Of a stretch of 64,000 nt of DNA, positions 61,647 through 64,000 are shown one piece after another. Source of the stretch: an uncultured Pseudomonadota bacterium. GTDB taxonomy: Bacteria; Oederibacteriota; Muellerivitia; Muellerivitales; Muellerivitaceae. Under the pieces are notes generated by a model, which did not search any database, was not told where the DNA came from, and saw nothing but the letters and a program-made list of their open reading frames with translations. Within the stretch, counting starts at the first letter, position 1. Every line of letters starts with the position of its first letter. The translations under genes and the position numbers were made by a program. The stretch lies in contig CAWJKT010000014.1 of the NCBI GenBank assembly GCA_963843375.1, positions 1-64,000 of the forward strand, given 5' to 3'.

Positions 61647-62653
61647 AAAAATTGGCGCGGAATTTTTTATCTCTTTTATTGGCCTCTCTCCTGATTTTGA
61701 GTCCTCGAATGATCCAAATGGCCTTGGCCCAGGACGATACCGATGCCGCTCCGGCCGAGGAAGTCCAGACGCTGCAGCGGCTGGCTCAAAAGGGTTATCT
61801 GGGGGATAAAAAGGATTTTTACCTGTCGGCTAAAGGACTCACGGAGGACGATGTCACGGACGCGCTCTTGAAAATAAACGACCAGTTGTCGCTGGTGGAT
61901 ATAAAAAGCCTTCAGCCGGGGGACAAAAACTACCAAGTGGACGACCTGAAGGCCCTTTTGACGCTGGTCAAGGATAAAACGGAGGATATCCGTGATCGGA
62001 AAATTTCCGAGTGGAAATTCCAAAGACGAGTGGAAAGGATGATCGCCGCTCTTACCCCGGTTTCCCCCAACGCGACACCCGCCATGACCGCCGCCCCCTC
62101 GTCCCCGCCCACCGAAGAGCCTAAACCGACTCCCACGGTCACCCCGATTCCGGGCCCTAGTCGCGAGGAATGGAACCAGATGAAGGGGGATCTGAAAGAC
62201 CTGGCGAAAAAAACCTCCGACCTTCAGGATGTGTATGACAAGCAAATCCAGACCCTCCAGAAAAACGAGGATGACATCGCTAAAAGCAGCGGGGAACTCA
62301 AGACCACGGACGCCGACCTTCAGGAGCAATTAAAGCTGGTTAAAAACCTTTTGGACCATGTCCAGGGAGACTTGAGCAAAACCACCGACCGCCTGGATCA
62401 AGTGGCGCATAAAGCCGATGAAAAGACCATTACCGACATTGAACTGGAACAGGAGTTGACCATTTTGCATAAGGACTTGAGGGATAATTCGCAGGATGTG
62501 ACGATTCTGAAAGAGGAAGTGGCGAAGCTGGACAAGGCAAGCGCGGAAGAGAGCCAAAACCCTCTCGACCAGTTCTTAAGTTCCAAATGGCTGGGGGGCA
62601 GCGCGCTGGTTGTGGGCTTGACCGCATTGATCGTTTCATTGACTCGAAAATAA
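61643..62653 (+). CDS. Secreted coiled-coil protein with degenerate SLH-like N-domain, Pro/Thr linker and C-terminal hydrophobic anchor
   Basis: Signal peptide MKKLAR...ALA-Q from ATG 61643 (track 61460); 'PTPTVTPIP'; long heptad region; terminal 'WLGGSALVVGLTALIVSLTRK'. Confidence 0.75.
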   Translation: MKKLARNFLSLLLASLLILSPRMIQMALAQDDTDAAPAEEVQTLQRLAQKGYLGDKKDFYLSAKGLTEDDVTDALLKINDQLSLVDIKSLQPGDKNYQVDDLKALLTLVKDKTEDIRDRKISEWKFQRRVERMIAALTPVSPNATPAMTAAPSSPPTEEPKPTPTVTPIPGPSREEWNQMKGDLKDLAKKTSDLQDVYDKQIQTLQKNEDDIAKSSGELKTTDADLQEQLKLVKNLLDHVQGDLSKTTDRLDQVAHKADEKTITDIELEQELTILHKDLRDNSQDVTILKEEVAKLDKASAEESQNPLDQFLSSKWLGGSALVVGLTALIVSLTRK

Positions 62654-62666
62654 GAGGGAGGGTTTT

Positions 62667-63326
62667 ATGTTTATTGGTCATTATGCCGTGGGATTGGCCG
62701 CGAAAAAATGGGCTCCAAAGGCGCCTTTGGGAACTTTGGTGGCCGCCGCCATTTGGATCGACCTCGTTTGGCCCTTGTTTCTTTTGCTGGATTTGGAACA
62801 TTTCCGGATCACTCAGGGAATCACCCAAATGGTCCCCTTTGATTTTTATGATTATCCCTTGAGCCATAGTTTGTATATGGTGCTGGCTTGGTCGGCCTTT
62901 CTCGGATTGGCTTATCTTATCTCTGAGAAGGACTCCCGGGGATCCTGGGTCATTGCCGGTTTGGTCCTGAGCCATTGGTTTTTGGATTTAATTGTCCACC
63001 GGCAGGATCTTCCATTGTGGCCAACAGATGCCAGCACTGTCCAAAAGTACGGGTTCGCCCTTTGGAATCATCCCTGGGCGGCCATCCCCCTGGAAGCGAT
63101 CCTTTTCGCCGCAGGTCTTTGGCTTTACCAGAAATCAACAAAGGCCTTGGATGAAATTGGAAACACCGGTTTTTGGATTTTTGCGGCTGTTTTAGCGATC
63201 CTTTTTTTGGTGAATCTCAAATTGGTTCCGTCCCCCAATCCTTACGTTGTGTCCCTCATGGGCTTTAGCCAGCTTATATTCGTGGCTTGGGCTTATTGGA
63301 TCGATGATCATCGGAAAACCCTTTAG
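62667..63326 (+). CDS. Membrane-bound metal-dependent hydrolase-like protein (YdjM-like)
   Basis: 'MFIGH', 'SHSL', 'SHWFLD..VH'; several TMs; SD GGAGG. Confidence 0.75.
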   Translation: MFIGHYAVGLAAKKWAPKAPLGTLVAAAIWIDLVWPLFLLLDLEHFRITQGITQMVPFDFYDYPLSHSLYMVLAWSAFLGLAYLISEKDSRGSWVIAGLVLSHWFLDLIVHRQDLPLWPTDASTVQKYGFALWNHPWAAIPLEAILFAAGLWLYQKSTKALDEIGNTGFWIFAAVLAILFLVNLKLVPSPNPYVVSLMGFSQLIFVAWAYWIDDHRKTL

Positions 63327-63494
63327 CTTTTTTGATTTGGAGGGGGCATTTTTGACCGGTGGGAGTGGAAAATGGGCGTTATTGCCACCTCCTTAATTGT
63401 TGAAAAACCGCATAAAAATGAAAAAAATCTAACGCTTGTCACTTGAAAGCGATTAGTTTGTTTCACTAAAATTCAAGAAAACAAGGCTTTTTCA

Positions 63495-63509
63495 TGGCAT
63501 GGGAAATGC
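63495..63509 (+). promoter_or_regulatory. Putative sigma54 -24/-12 promoter (also palindromic)
   Basis: TGGCATG-N4-ATGC with exact GG-N10-GC spacing, 38 nt before the 63548 start. Confidence 0.35.
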
Positions 63510-63547
63510 CACTATCATTGACAATGAATTTTTGATGGGGAAGAACC

Positions 63548-63724
63548 TTGAAGAAGCTGATCGCTTATTTAACACTCACAATCTTGTTGGGGCTGCCCTT
63601 GGCCTGCCAGAACCGGGCTTTTAACGCGCCGGTCAGTCCTATCGTTGCGCCTACTCCCACACCTACTCCTGTCTTGAGTTATGAAAGCACCGTCACCGTT
63701 CCTTCGCCAACCCCAACTCCCTGA
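63548..63724 (+). CDS. 58-aa Pro/Thr-rich lipoprotein; not in ORF track
   Basis: Hand translation MKKLIAYLTLTILLGLPLA-CQNRAFNAPVSPIVAPTPTPTPVLSYESTVTVPSPTPTP; TTG start with GGGGA upstream. Confidence 0.75.
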   Translation: MKKLIAYLTLTILLGLPLACQNRAFNAPVSPIVAPTPTPTPVLSYESTVTVPSPTPTP

Positions 63725-63785
63725 TCAATTCCTCTTTTGGTCTTCTCTTCGTTGAAAGTGGCTTAAAATCATTTAAAATCAACTA

Positions 63786-64000
63786 ATGGTCCTGAACAAA
63801 GGGTGGCGGTTTTTGCCGTTGGGCCTTTTTTTCATCGGCGCATCCCTGGCCCTGTTTATTTGGGATTTCATCATCCTACCTTTTCAAAACCCCCTCCAAG
63901 TGGTTGGTTACTGCACGAAGATCCGGTTTAATCCCGAAAATGATTTTGTGCGATTCCTTGTTTTTGTTCTTTTGCCTTCACTGTTGGCGATCCTTTTTTA
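63786..64000 (+). CDS. Membrane protein, N-terminal part (runs off the window)
   Basis: Open frame MVLNKGWRFLPLGLFFIGASLALFIWDFIILPFQNPLQVVGYCTKIRFNPENDFVRFLVFVLLP...; no stop before 64000. Confidence 0.65.
   Translation, partial: MVLNKGWRFLPLGLFFIGASLALFIWDFIILPFQNPLQVVGYCTKIRFNPENDFVRFLVFVLLPSLLAILF

Overview
Bacterial (diderm-type) chromosomal window. About 58 kb (1-57904) is one very large mosaic surface-polysaccharide locus that continues off the left edge. It contains three Wzx flippases, two Wzy-like polymerases, wza-wzc-wecA, gmd-fcl, rmlBACD, fdtAB-like genes, a pair of CDP-tyvelose-epimerase-like SDRs, about 16 soluble GT2/GT4-type glycosyltransferases, five SAM methyltransferase domains, three acyltransferase domains, a YdjC deacetylase domain and two YdcF/DUF218 proteins. 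An AT-rich, mixed-orientation block (about 37-49.6 kb) carries five GT-C-like membrane proteins. The right end has pyrD-rlpA, pyrF-pyrE and envelope genes. Highlights: (i) two tandem DUF1207-like outer-membrane proteins beside a cysteine-free Wza; (ii) a GT-C island plus an SDR-SDR-DPM1-like donor module; (iii) a duplicated YdcF+GT4 cassette; (iv) two small genes missing from the ORF track, a 56-aa ClpX-type zinc-finger protein and a 58-aa Pro/Thr-rich lipoprotein; (v) an Omp-alpha-like SLH/coiled-coil tether. Six single-base frameshifts in five genes are most likely sequencing/assembly errors. No rRNA, tRNA, CRISPR array or IS element was seen. All family calls are by motif recognition, not by database search.
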